Part shown: positions 10,700 to 24,850 of the stretch, one piece after another | Numbering within the stretch: the first letter of the stretch is position 1 | How the letters are laid out: each line of letters starts with the position of its first letter | NCBI GenBank assembly: GCA_043228905.1 | Contig: JBHGNT010000014.1 | Location: forward strand, 21,001,784 to 21,065,783 | DNA length: 64,000 nt | Direction: 5' to 3' | Origin: Azolla caroliniana | Lineage: Eukaryota; Plantae; Polypodiophyta | Translations under genes and position numbers: made by a program | The notes under the pieces: generated by a model | Databases searched by the model: none | Told to the model about the DNA's origin: nothing | Seen by the model: only the letters and a program-made list of their open reading frames with translations

Positions 10700-13600
10700 T
10701 AATATGTTCATACCTGGCTCGTGTGATATCGGATTTTTGTGTTCAAACATGCGAATCGAAGCTAACAACGCTAGCTATGATATGGAATTAAAAAATCAAG
10801 ATTTTGAAACTCAGGTCGAGAGACATGACGAAATTACCAAATTTGAGGAGTGAGTTGGGAAGAGCTTGTAGGTAAATTAAAATGTTCATACCTGGCTCGT
10901 GTGATATCGGATTTTTGTGTTCAAACATGCGAATCGAAGCTAACAATGCTAGCTATGATATGGAATTAAAAAATCAAGATTTTGAAACTCAGGTCGAAAG
11001 ACATGACGAAATTACCAAACATGAGGAGGGAGTTAAGAGGAGCCCCTGAGTAAATTAAAATGTTCATACCTGGCTCGTGTGATATCGGATTTTTGTGTTC
11101 AAACATGCGAATCGAAGCTAACAACGCTAGCTATGATATGGAATTAAAAAATCAAGATTTTGAAACTCAGGTCGAGAGACATGACGAAATTACCAAATTT
11201 GAGGAGTGAGTTGGGAAGAGCTAGTAGGTAAATTAAAATGTTCATACCTGGCTCGTGTGATATCGGATTTTTGTGTTCAAACATGCGAATCGAAGTTAAC
11301 AACGCTAGCTATGATATGGAATTAAAAAATCAAGATTTTGAAACTCAGGTCGAGAGACATGACGAAATTACCAAATTTGAGGAGTGAGTTGGGAGGAGCT
11401 AGTTGGTAAATTAAAATGTTCATACCTGGCTCGTGTGATATCGGATTTTTGTGTTCAAACATGCGAATCGAAGCTAACAATGCTTCCTATGATATGGAAC
11501 AAAAAAATCAAGATTTTGAAACTCAGGTCGAGAGACATGACGAAATTACCAAATTTGAGGAGGGAGTTCAGAGGAGCCCTTGAGTAAATTAAAATGTTCA
11601 TACCTGGCTCGTGTGATATCGGATTTTTGTGTTCAAACATGCGAATCGAAGCTAACAATGCTAGCTATGATATGGAATTAAAAAATCAAGATTTTGAAAC
11701 TCAGGTCGAGAGACATGACGAAATTACCAAATTTGAGGAATGAGTTGGGAAGAGCTAGTAGGTAAATTAAAATGTTCATACCTGGCTCGTGTGATATCGG
11801 ATTTTTGTGTTCAAGCATGCGAATCGAAGCTAACAACGCTAGCTATGATATGGAATTAAAAAATCAAGATTTTGAAACTCAGGTCGAGAGATATGACGAA
11901 ATTACCAAATTTGAGGAGTGAGTTGGGAAGAGCTTGTAGGTAAATTAAAATGTTCATACCTGGCTCGTGTGATATCGGATTTTTGTGTTCAAACATGCGA
12001 ATCGAAGCTAACAACGCTAGCTATGATATGGAATTAAAAAATCAAGATTTTGAAACTCAGGTCGAGAGACATGACGAAATTACCAAATTTGAGGAGTGAG
12101 TTGGGAAGAGCTAGTAGGTAAATTAAAATGTTCATACCTGGCTCGTGTGATATCGGATTTTTGTGTTCAAGCATGCGAATCGAAGCTAACAACGCTAGGT
12201 ATGATATGGAATTAAAAAATCAAGATTTTGAAACTCAGGTCGAGAGACATGATGGAATTAAAAAATTTGAGGAGTGAGTTGGGAAGAGCTAGTTGGTAAA
12301 TTAAAATGTTCATACCTGGCTCGTGTGATATCGGATTTTTGTGTTGAAGCCTGCAAATCGAAGCTAACAACGCTAGCTATGATATGGAATTAAAAAATCA
12401 AGATTTTGAAACTCAAGTCGAGAGACATGACGAAATTACCAAATTTGAGGAGTGAGTTGGGAAGAGCTCGTTGATAAATTAAAATGTTCATACCTGGCTC
12501 GTGTGATATCGGATTTTTGTGTTCAAACATGCGAATCGAAGCTAACAACGCTAGCTATGATATGGAATTAAAAAATCAAGATTTTGAAACTCAGGTCGAG
12601 AGACATGACGAAATTACCAAACATGAGGAGGGAGTTCAGAGGAGCCCTTGAGTAAATTAAAATGTTCATACCTGGCTCGTGTGATATCGGATTTTTGTGT
12701 TCAAACATGCGAATCGAAGCTAACAACGCTAGCTATGATATGGAATTAAAAAATCAAGATTTTGAAACTCAGGTCGAGAGACATGACGAAATTACCAAAT
12801 TTGAGGAGTGAGTTGTGAAGAGCTCGTTGATAAATTAAAATGTTCATACCTGGCTCGTGTGATATCGGATTTTTGTGTTCAAACATGCGAATCGAAGCTA
12901 ACAACGCTAGCTATGATATGGAATTAAAAAATCAAGATTTTGAAACTCAGGTCGAGAGACATGACGAAATTACCAAACATGAGGAGGGAGTTCAGAGGAG
13001 CCCTTGAGTAAATTAAAATGTTCATACCTGGCTCGTGTGATATCGGATTTTTGTGTTCAAACATGCGAATCGAAGCTAACAACGCTAGCTATGATATGGA
13101 ATTAAAAAATCAAGATTTTGAAACTCAGGTCGAGAGACATGACGAAATTACCAAATTTGAGGAGTGAGTTGGGAAGAGCTTGTAGGTAAATTAAAATGTT
13201 CATACCTGGCTCGTGTGATATCGGATTTTTGTGTTCAAACATGCGAATCGAAGCTAACAATGCTAGCTATGATATGGAATTAAAAAATCAAGATTTTGAA
13301 ACTCAGGTCGAAAGACATGACGAAATTACCAAACATGAGGAGTGAGTTGGGAAGAGCTAGTAGGTAAATTAAAATGTTCATACCTGGCTCGTGTGATATC
13401 GGATTTTTGTGTTCAAACATGCGAATCGAAGCTAACAACGCTAGCTATGATATGGAATTAAAAAATCAAGATTTTGAAACTCAGGTCGAGAGACATGACG
13501 AAATTACCAAATTTGAGGAGTGAGTTGGGAAGAGCTAGTAGGTAAATTAAAATGTTCATACCTGGCTCGTGTGATATCGGATTTTTGTGTTCAAACATGC

Positions 13601-13811
13601 GAATCGAAGTTAACAACGCTAGCTATGATATGGAATTAAAAAATCAAGATTTTGAAACTCAGGTCGAGAGACATGACGAAATTACCAAATTTGAGGAGTG
13701 AGTTGGGAGGAGCTAGTTGGTAAATTAAAATGTTCATACCTGGCTCGTGTGATATCGGATTTTTGTGTTCAAACATGCGAATCGAAGCTAACAATGCTTC
13801 CTATGATATGG
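10700..13811. repeat. Block ~10700-11497 repeated at ~13014-13811 (offset 2314 = 13 monomers)
   Basis: CGAAGTTAAC at 11291/13605; GGGAGGAGCT at 11391/13705; TGCTTCCTATG in both copies. Confidence 0.8.
13743..13810. repeat. 68-bp partial monomer (110-bp phase break)
   Basis: GCTCGTGT at 13743 and 13811. Junction CTATGATATGG|CTCGTGTGATATC. Anchors 13720 to 13966 are 246 bp apart. Confidence 0.9.
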
Positions 13812-16800
13812 CTCGTGTGATATCGGATTTCTGTGTTGAAGCACGCGAATCGAAGCTAACAACGCTAGCTATGATATGGAATTAAAAAATCAAGATTTTG
13901 AAACTCAGGTCGAGAGATATGACGAAATTACCAAATTTGAGGAGGGAGTTCAGAGGAGCCCTTGAGTAAATTAAAATGTTCATACCTGGCTCGTGTGATA
14001 TCGGATTTTTGTGTTCAAACATGCGAATCGAAGCTAACAACGCTAGCTATGATATGGAATTAAAAAATCAAGATTTTGAAACTCAGGTCGAGAGATATGA
14101 CGAAATTACCAAATTTGAGGAGTGAGTTGGGAAGAGCTTGTAGGTAAATTAAAATGTTCATACCTGGCTCGTGTGATATCGGATTTTTGTGTTCAAACAT
14201 GCGAATCGAAGCTAACAACGCTAGCTACGATATGGAATTAAAAAATCAAGATTTTGAAACTCAGGTCAAGAGACATGACGAAATTACCAAACATGAGGAG
14301 GGAGTTCAGAGGAGCCCTTGAGTAAATTAAAATGTTCATACCTGGCTCGTGTGATATCGGATTTCTGTGTTGAAGCACGCGAATCGAAGCTAACAATGCT
14401 AGCTATGATATGGAATTAAAAAATCAAGATTTTGAAACTCAGGTCGAGAGATATGACGAAATTACCAAATTTGAGGAGTGAGTTGGGAAGAGCTTGTAGG
14501 TAAATTAAAATGTTCATACCTGGTTCGTGTGATATCGGATTTTTGTGTTGAAGCCTGCAAATCGAAGCTAACAATGCTAGCTATGATATGGAATTAAAAA
14601 ATCAAGATTTTGAAACTCAGGTCGAGACACATGACGAAATTACCAAATTTGAGGAGTGAGTTGGGAAGAGCTAGTTGGTAAATTAAAATGTTCATACCTG
14701 GCTCGTGTGATATCGGATTTTTGTGTTCAAACATGCGAATCGAAGCTAACAATGCTAGCTATGATATGGAATTAAAAAATCAAGATTTTGAAACTCAGGT
14801 CCAGAGACATGACGAAATTACCAAATTTGAGGAGTGAGTTGGGAAGAGCTTGTAGGTAAATTAAAATGTTCATACCTGGCTCGTGTGATATCGGATTTTT
14901 GTATTCAAACATGCGAATCGAAGCTAACAAGGCTAGCTATGATATGGAATTAAAAAATCAAGATTTTGAAACTCAGGTCGAGAGACATGACGAAATTACC
15001 AAATTTGAGGAGTGAGTTGGGAAGAGCTAGTTGGTAAATTAAAATGTTCATACCTGGCTCGTGTGATATCGGATTTTTGTGTTCAAACATGCGAATCGAA
15101 GCTAGCAATGCTAGCTATGATATGGAATTAAAAAATCAAGATTTTGAAACTCAGGTCGAGAGACATGACGAAATTACCAATTTTGAGGAGTGAGTTGGGA
15201 AGAGCTAGTAGGTAAATTAAAATGTTCATACCTGGCTCGTGTGATATCGGATTTTTGTGTTCAAACATGCGATTCGAAGCTAACAACACTAGCTATGATA
15301 TGGAATTAAAAAATCAAGATTTTGAAACTCAGGTCGAGAGACATGACGAAATTACCAAATTTGAGGAATGAGTTGGGAAGAGCTAGTAGGTAAATTAAAA
15401 TGTTCATACCTGGCTCGTGTGATATCGGATTTTTGTGTACAAACATGCGAATCGAAGCTAACAACGCTAGCTATGATATGGAATTAAAAAATCAAGATTT
15501 TGAAACTCAGGTCGAGAGACATGACGAAACTACCAAACATGAGGAGGGAGTTCAGAGGAGCCCTTGAGTAAATTAAAATGTTCATACCTGGCTCGTGTGA
15601 TATCGGATTTTTGTGTTCAAACATGCGTATCGAAGCTAACAACGCTAGCTATGATATGGAATTAAAAAATCAAGATTTTGAAACTCAGGTCGAGAGACAT
15701 GACGAAATTACCAAATTTGAGGAGTGAGTTGGGAAGAGCTCGTTGATAAATTAAAATGTTCATACCTGGCTCGTGTGATATCGGATTTTTGTGTTCAAAC
15801 ATGCGAATCGAAGCTAACAATGCTAGCTATGATATGGAATTAAAAAATCAAGATTTTGAAACTCAGGTCAAGAGACATGACGAAATTACCAAACATGAGG
15901 AGGGAGTTCAGAGGAGCCCTTGAGTAAATTAAAATGTTCATACCTGGCTCGTGTGATATCGGATTTCTGTGTTGAAGCACGCGAATCGAAGCTAACAACG
16001 CTAGCTATGATATGGAATTAAAAAATCAAGATTTTGAAACTCAGGTTGAGAGACATGATGGAATTAAAAAATTTGAGGAGTGAGTTGGGAAGAGCTAGTT
16101 GGTAAATTAAAATGTTCATACCTGGCTCGTGTGATATCGGATTTTTGTGTTCAAACATGCGAATCGAAGCTAACAACGCTAGCTATGATATGGAATTAAA
16201 AAATCAAGATTTTGAATCTTAGGTCGAGAGACATGACAAAATTACCAAATTTGAGGAATGAGTTGGGAAGAGCTAGTAGGTAAATTAAAATGTTCATATC
16301 TGGCTCGTATGATATCGGATTTTTGTGTTCAAACATGCGAATCGAAGCTAACAATGCTAGCTATGATATGGAATTAAAAAATCAAGATTTTGAAACTCAG
16401 GTCGAGAGACATGACGAAATTACCAAATTTGAGGAGTGAGTTGGGAAGAGCTCGTAGGTAAATTAAAATGTTCATACCTGGCTCGTGTGATATCGGATTT
16501 TTGTGTTCAAACATGCGAATCGAAGCTAACAATGCTAGCTATGATATGGAATTAAAAAATCAAGATTTTGAAACTCAGGTCGAAAGACATGACGAAATTA
16601 CCAAACATGAGGAGGGAGTTAAGAGGAGCCCCTAAGTAAATTAAAATGTTCATACCTGGCTCGTGTGATATCGGATTTTTGTGTTCAAGCATGCGAATCG
16701 AAGCTAACAACGCTAGCTATGATATGGAATTAAAAAATCAAGATTTTGAAACTCAGGTCGAGAGATATGACGAAATTACCAAATTTGAGGAGTGAGTTGG

Positions 16801-19800
16801 GAAGAGCTTGTAGGTAAATTAAAATGTTCATACCTGGCTCGTGTGATATCGGCTTTTTGTGTTGAAGCCTGCAAATCGAAGCTAACAACGCTAGCTATGA
16901 TATGGAATTAAAAAATCAAGATTTTGAAACTCAGGTCGAGAGACATGACGAAATTACCAAATTTGAGGAATGAGTTGGGAAGAGCTAGTAGGTAAATTAA
17001 AATGTTCATACCTGGCTCGTGTGATATCGGATTTTTGTGTTCAAACATGCGAATCGAAGCTAACAATGCTAGCTATGATATGGAATTAAAAAATCAAGAT
17101 TTTGAAACTCAGGTCGAGAGACATGACGAAATTACCAAACATGAGGAGGGAGTTCAGAGGAGCCCTTGAGTAAATTAAAATGTTCATACCTGGCTCGTGT
17201 GATATCGGATTTTTGTGTTCAAACATGCGAATCGAAGCTAACAACGCTAGCTATGATATGGAATTAAAAAATCAAGATTTTGAAACTCAGGTCGAGAGAC
17301 ATGACGAAATTACCAAATTTGAGGAGTGAGTTGGGAAGAGCTCGTTGATAGATTAAAATGTTCATACCTGGCTCGTGTGATATCGGATTTTTGTGTTCAA
17401 ACATGCGACTCGAAGCTAACAATGCTAGCTATGATATGGAATTAAAAAATCAAGATTTTGAAACTCAGGTCAAGAGACATGAAGAAATTACCAAACATGA
17501 GGAGGGAGTTCAGAGGAGCCCTTGAGTAAATTAAAATGTTCATACCTGGCTCGTGTGATATCGGATTTCTGTGTTGAAGCACGCGAATCGAAGCTAACAA
17601 CGCTAGCTATGATATGGAATTACAAAATCAAGATTTTGAAACTCAGGTCGAGAGATATGACGAAATTACCAAATTTGAGGAGTGAGTTGGGAAGAGCTTG
17701 TAGGTAAATTAAAATGTTCATACCTGGCTCGTGTGATATCGGATTTTTGTGTTCAAACATGCGAATCGAAGCTAACAACGCTAGCTATGATATGGAATTA
17801 AAAAATCAAGATTTTGAAACTCAGGTCGAGAGATATGACGAAATTACCAAATTTGAGGAGTGAGTTGGGAAGAGCTTGTAGGTAAATTAAAATGTTCATA
17901 CCTGGCTCGTGTGATATCGGATTTTTGTGTTCAAACATGCGAATCGAAGCTAACAACGCTAGCTACGATATGGAATTAAAAAATCAAGATTTTGAAACTC
18001 AGGTCAAGAGACATGACGAAATTACCAAACATGAGGAGGGAGTTCAGAGGAGCCCTTGAGTAAATTAAAATGTTCATACCTGGCTCGTGTGATATCGGAT
18101 TTCTGTGTTGAAGCACGCGAATCGAAGCTAACAATGCTAGCTATGATATGGAATTAAAAAATCAAGATTTTGAAACTCAGGTCGAGAGATATGACGAAAT
18201 TACCAAATTTGAGGAGTGAGTTGGGAAGAGCTTGTAGGTAAATTAAAATGTTCATACCTGGTTCGTGTGATATCGGATTTTTGTGTTGAAGCCTGCAAAT
18301 CGAAGCTAACAATGCTAGCTATGATATGGAATTAAAAAATCAAGATTTTGAAACTCAGGTCGAGACACATGACGAAATTACCAAATTTGAGGAGTGAGTT
18401 GGGAAGAGCTAGTTGGTAAATTAAAATGTTCATACCTGGCTCGTGTGATATCGGATTTTTGTGTTCAAACATGCGAATCGAAGCTAACAATGCTAGCTAT
18501 GATATGGAATTAAAAAATCAAGATTTTGAAACTCAGGTCCAGAGACATGACGAAATTACCAAATTTGAGGAGTGAGTTGGGAAGAGCTTGTAGGTAAATT
18601 AAAATGTTCATACCTGGCTCGTGTGATATCGGATTTTTGTATTCAAACATGCGAATCGAAGCTAACAAGGCTAGCTATGATATGGAATTAAAAAATCAAG
18701 ATTTTGAAACTCAGGTCGAGAGACATGACGAAATTACCAAATTTGAGGAGTGAGTTGGGAAGAGCTAGTTGGTAAATTAAAATGTTCATACCTGGCTCGT
18801 GTGATATCGGATTTTTGTGTTCAAACATGCGAATCGAAGCTAGCAATGCTAGCTATGATATGGAATTAAAAAATCAAGATTTTGAAACTCAGGTCGAGAG
18901 ACATGACGAAATTACCAATTTTGAGGAGTGAGTTGGGAAGAGCTAGTAGGTAAATTAAAATGTTCATACCTGGCTCGTGTGATATCGGATTTTTGTGTTC
19001 AAACATGCGATTCGAAGCTAACAACACTAGCTATGATATGGAATTAAAAAATCAAGATTTTGAAACTCAGGTCGAGAGACATGACGAAATTACCAAATTT
19101 GAGGAATGAGTTGGGAAGAGCTAGTAGGTAAATTAAAATGTTCATACCTGGCTCGTGTGATATCGGATTTTTGTGTACAAACATGCGAATCGAAGCTAAC
19201 AACGCTAGCTATGATATGGAATTAAAAAATCAAGATTTTGAAACTCAGGTCGAGAGACATGACGAAAATACCAAACATGAGGAGGGAGTTCAGAGGAGCC
19301 CTTGAGTAAATTAAAATGTTCATACCTGGCTCGTGTGATATCGGATTTTTGTGTTCAAACATGCGTATCGAAGCTAACAACGCTAGCTATGATATGGAAT
19401 TAAAAAATCAAGATTTTGAAACTCAGGTCGAGAGACATGACGAAATTACCAAATTTGAGGAGTGAGTTGGGAAGAGCTCGTTGATAAATTAAAATGTTCA
19501 TACCTGGCTCGTGTGATATCGGATTTTTGTGTTCAAACATGCGAATCGAAGCTAACAATGCTAGCTATGATATGGAATTAAAAAATCAAGATTTTGAAAC
19601 TCAGGTCAAGAGACATGACGAAATTACCAAACATGAGGAGGGAGTTCAGAGGAGCCCTTGAGTAAATTAAAATGTTCATACCTGGCTCGTGTGATATCGG
19701 ATTTCTGTGTTGAAGCACGCGAATCGAAGCTAACAACGCTAGCTATGATATGGAATTAAAAAATCAAGATTTTGAAACTCAGGTTGAGAGACATGATGGA

Positions 19801-20180
19801 ATTAAAAAATTTGAGGAGTGAGTTGGGAAGAGCTAGTTGGTAAATTAAAATGTTCATACCTGGCTCGTGTGATATCGGATTTTTGTGTTCAAACATGCGA
19901 ATCGAAGCTAACAACGCTAGCTATGATATGGAATTAAAAAATCAAGATTTTGAATCTTAGGTCGAGAGACATGACAAAATTACCAAATTTGAGGAATGAG
20001 TTGGGAAGAGCTAGTAGGTAAATTAAAATGTTCATATCTGGCTCGTATGATATCGGATTTTTGTGTTCAAACATGCGAATCGAAGCTAACAATGGTAGCT
20101 ATGATATGGAATTAAAAAATCAAGATTTTGAAACTCAGGTCGAGAGACATGACGAAATTACCAAATTTGAGGAGTGAGTT
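13811..20180. repeat. Duplication with 3738-bp offset (21 monomers): ~13811-16440 vs ~17549-20180
   Basis: CTAGCTACGA at 14221/17959; CCAGAGAC at 14801/18539; GAATCTTAGG at 16214/19952. Confidence 0.88.
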
Positions 20181-21999
20181 GGGAAGAGCTAGTTGGTAAA
20201 TTAAAATGTTCATACCTGGCTCGTGTGATATCGGATTTTTGTGTTCAAACATGCGAATCGAAGCTAACAATGCTAGCTATGATATGGAATTAAAAAATCA
20301 AGATTTTGAAACTCAGGTCGAGAGACATGACGAAATTACCAAACATGAGGAGGGAGTTCAGAGGAGCCCTTGAGTAAATTAAAATGTTCATACCTGGCTC
20401 GTGTGATATCGGATTTTTGTGTTGAAGCACGCGAATCGAAGCTAACAACGCTAGCTATGATATGGAATTAAAAAATCAAGATTTTGAAACTCAGGTCGAC
20501 AGACATGACGAAATTACCAAATTTGAGGAGTGAGTTGGGAAGAGCTAGTTGGTAAATTAAAATGTTCATACCTGGCTCGTGTGATATCGGATTTTTGTGT
20601 TCAAACATGCGAATCGAAGCTAACAATGCTAGCTATGATATGGAATTAAAAAATCAAGATTTTGAAACTCAGGTCGAGAGACATGACGAAATTACCAAAC
20701 ATGAGGAGGGAGTTCAGAGGAGCCCTTGAGTAAATTAAAATGTTCATACCTGGCTCGTGTGATATCGGATTTTTGTATTCAAACATGCGAATCGAAGCTA
20801 ACAATGCGAGCTATGATATGGAATTAAAAAATCAAGATTTTGAAACTCAGGTCGAGAGACATGACGAAATTACCAAATTTGAGGAGTGAGTTGGGAAGAG
20901 CTAGTTGGTAAATTAAAATGTTCATACCTGGCTCGTGTGATATCGGATTTTTGTGTTCAAACATGCGAATCGAAACTAGCAATGCTAGCTATGATATGGA
21001 ATTAAAAAATCAAGATTTTGAAACTCAGGTCGAGAGACATGACGAAATTACCAATTTTGAGGAGTGAGTTGGGAAGAGCTAGTAGGTAAATTAAAATGTT
21101 CATACCTGGCTCGTGTGATATCGGATTTTTGTGTTCAAACATGCGATTCGAAGCTAACAACACTAGCTATGATATGGAATTAAAAAATCAAGATTTTGAA
21201 ACTCAGGTCGAGAGACATGACGAAATTACCAAATTTGAGGAATGAGTTGGGAAGAGCTAGTAGGTAAATTAAAATGTTCATACCTGGCTCGTGTGATATC
21301 GGATTTTTGTGTTCAAACATTGGAATCGAAGCTAACAATGGTAGCTATGATATGGAATTAAAAAATCAAGATTTTGAAACTCAGGTCGAGAGACATGACG
21401 AAATTACCAAACATGAGGAGGGAGTTCAGAGGAGCCCTTGAGTAAATTAAAATGTTCATACCTGGCTCGTGTGATATCGGATTTTTGTGTTGAAGCACGC
21501 GAATCGAAGCTAACAACGCTAGCTATGATATGGAATTAAAAAATCAAGATTTTGAAACTCAGGTCGAGAGACATGACGAAATTACCAAATTTGAGGAGTG
21601 AGTTGGGAAGAGCTAGTTGGTAAATTAAAATGTTCATACCTGGGGAGTGTGATATCGGATTTTTGTGTTCAAACATGCGAATCGAAGCTAACAATGCTAG
21701 CTATGATATGGAATTAAAAAATCAAGATTTTGAAACTCAGGTCGAGAGACATGACGAAATTACCAAATTTGAGGAGTGAGTTGGGAAGAGCTAGTTGGTA
21801 AATTAAAATGTTCATACCTGGCTCGTGTGATATCGGATTTTTGTGTTCAAACATGCGAATCGAAGCTAGCAATGCTAGCTATGATATGGAATTAAAAAAT
21901 CAAGATTTTGAAACTCAGGTCGAGAGACATGACGAAATTACCAATTTTGAGGAGTGAGTTGGGAAGAGCTAGTAGGTAAATTAAAATGTTCATACCTGG

Positions 22000-24850
22000 C
22001 TCGTGTGATATCGGATTTTTGTGTTCAAACATGCGATTCGAAGCTAACAACACTAGCTATGATATGGAATTAAAAAATCAAGATTTTGAAACTCAGGTCG
22101 AGAGACATGACGAAATTACCAAATTTGAGGAATGAGTTGGGAAGAGCTAGTAGGTAAATTAAAATGTTCATACCTGGCTCGTGTGATATCGGATTTTTGT
22201 GTACAAACATGCGAATCGAAGCTAACAACGCTAGCTATGATATGGAATTAAAAAATCAAGATTTTGAAACTCAGGTCGAGAGACATGACGAAACTACCAA
22301 ACATGAGGAGGGAGTTCAGAGGAGCCCTTGAGTAAATTAAAATGTTCATACCTGGCTCGTGTGATATCGGATTTTTGTGTTCAAACATGCGTATCGAAGC
22401 TAACAACGCTAGCTATGATATGGAATTAAAAAATCAAGATTTTGAAACTCAGGTCGAGAGACATGACGAAATTACCAAATTTGAGGAGTGAGTTGGGAAG
22501 AGCTCGTTGATAAATTAAAATGTTCATACCTGGCTCGTGTGATATCGGATTTTTGTGTTCAAACATGCGAATCGAAGCTAACAATGCTAGCTATGATATG
22601 GAATTAAAAAATCAAGATTTTGAAACTCAGGTCAAGAGACATGACGAAATTACCAAACATGAGGAGGGAGTTCAGAGGAGCCCTTGAGTAAATTAAAATG
22701 TTCATACCTGGCTCGTGTGATATCGGATTTCTGTGTTGAAGCACGCGAATCGAAGCTAACAACGCTAGCTATGATATGGAATTAAAAAATCAAGATTTTG
22801 AAACTCAGGTTGAGAGACATGATGGAATTAAAAAATTTGAGGAGTGAGTTGGGAAGAGCTAGTTGGTAAATTAAAATGTTCATACCTGGCTCGTGTGATA
22901 TCGGATTTTTGTGTTCAAACATGCGAATCGAAGCTAACAACGCTAGCTATGATATGGAATTAAAAAATCAAGATTTTGAATCTTAGGTCGAGAGACATGA
23001 CAAAATTACCAAATTTGAGGAATGAGTTGGGAAGAGCTAGTAGGTAAATTAAAATGTTCATATCTGGCTCGTATGATATCGGATTTTTGTGTTCAAACAT
23101 GCGAATCGAAGCTAACAATGGTAGCTATGATATGGAATTAAAAAATCAAGATTTTGAAACTCAGGTCGAGAGACATGACGAAATTACCAAATTTGAGGAG
23201 TGAGTTGGGAAGAGCTAGTTGGTAAATTAAAATGTTCATACCTGGCTCGTGTGATATCGGATTTTTGTGTTCAAACATGCGAATCGAAGCTAACAATGCT
23301 AGCTATGATATGGAATTAAAAAATCAAGATTTTGAAACTCAGGTCGAGAGACATGACGAAATTACCAAACATGAGGAGGGAGTTCAGAGGAGCCCTTGAG
23401 TAAATTAAAATGTTCATACCTGGCTCGTGTGATATCGGATTTTTGTGTTCAAACATGCGATTCGAAGCTAACAACACTAGCTATGATATGGAATTAAAAA
23501 ATCAAGATTTTGAAACTCAGGTCGAGAGACATGACGAAATTACCAAATTTGAGGAATGAGTTGGGAAGAGCTAGTAGGTAAATTAAAATGTTCATACCTG
23601 GCTCGTGTGATATCGGATTTTTGTGTACAAACATGCGAATCGAAGCTAACAACGCTAGCTATGATATGGAATTAAAAAATCAAGATTTTGAAACTCAGGT
23701 CGAGAGACATGACGAAACTACCAAACATGAGGAGGGAGTTCAGAGGAGCCCTTGAGTAAATTAAAATGTTCATACCTGGCTCGTGTGATATCGGATTTTT
23801 GTGTTCAAACATGCGTATCGAAGCTAACAACGCTAGCTATGATATGGAATTAAAAAATCAAGATTTTGAAACTCAGGTCGAGAGACATGACGAAATTACC
23901 AAATTTGAGGAGTGAGTTGGGAAGAGCTCGTTGATAAATTAAAATGTTCATACCTGGCTCGTGTGATATCGGATTTTTGTGTTCAAACATGCGAATCGAA
24001 GCTAACAATGCTAGCTATGATATGGAATTAAAAAATCAAGATTTTGAAACTCAGGTCAAGAGACATGACGAAATTACCAAACATGAGGAGGGAGTTCAGA
24101 GGAGCCCTTGAGTAAATTAAAATGTTCATACCTGGCTCGTGTGATATCGGATTTCTGTGTTGAAGCACGCGAATCGAAGCTAACAACGCTAGCTATGATA
24201 TGGAATTAAAAAATCAAGATTTTGAAACTCAGGTTGAGAGACATGATGGAATTAAAAAATTTGAGGAGTGAGTTGGGAAGAGCTAGTTGGTAAATTAAAA
24301 TGTTCATACCTGGCTCGTGTGATATCGGATTTTTGTGTTCAAACATGCGAATCGAAGCTAACAACGCTAGCTATGATATGGAATTAAAAAATCAAGATTT
24401 TGAATCTTAGGTCGAGAGACATGACAAAATTACCAAATTTGAGGAATGAGTTGGGAAGAGCTAGTAGGTAAATTAAAATGTTCATATCTGGCTCGTATGA
24501 TATCGGATTTTTGTGTTCAAACATGCGAATCGAAGCTAACAATGGTAGCTATGATATGGAATTAAAAAATCAAGATTTTGAAACTCAGGTCGAGAGACAT
24601 GACGAAATTACCAAATTTGAGGAGTGAGTTGGGAAGAGCTAGTTGGTAAATTAAAATGTTCATACCTGGCTCGTGTGATATCGGATTTTTGTGTTCAAAC
24701 ATGCGAATCGAAGCTAACAATGCTAGCTATGATATGGAATTAAAAAATCAAGATTTTGAAACTCAGGTCGAGAGACATGACGAAATTACCAAACATGAGG
24801 AGGGAGTTCAGAGGAGCCCTTGAGTAAATTAAAATGTTCATACCTGGCTC
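22000..24850. repeat. 8-mer HOR (1424 bp) x2
   Basis: GAATCTTAGG at 22978/24402. The GTGTACAAAC, GAAACTACC and ATGCGTATCG variants repeat at the same offset. Confidence 0.85.

Noticed and set aside
11384-17707. ORFs 11384-11587, 11455-11658 and 17522-17707
   Set aside because: Each exists only because a private change (GGAACAAAA, GAATTACAA) removes the stop present in hundreds of sibling monomers. There is no evidence of coding function.
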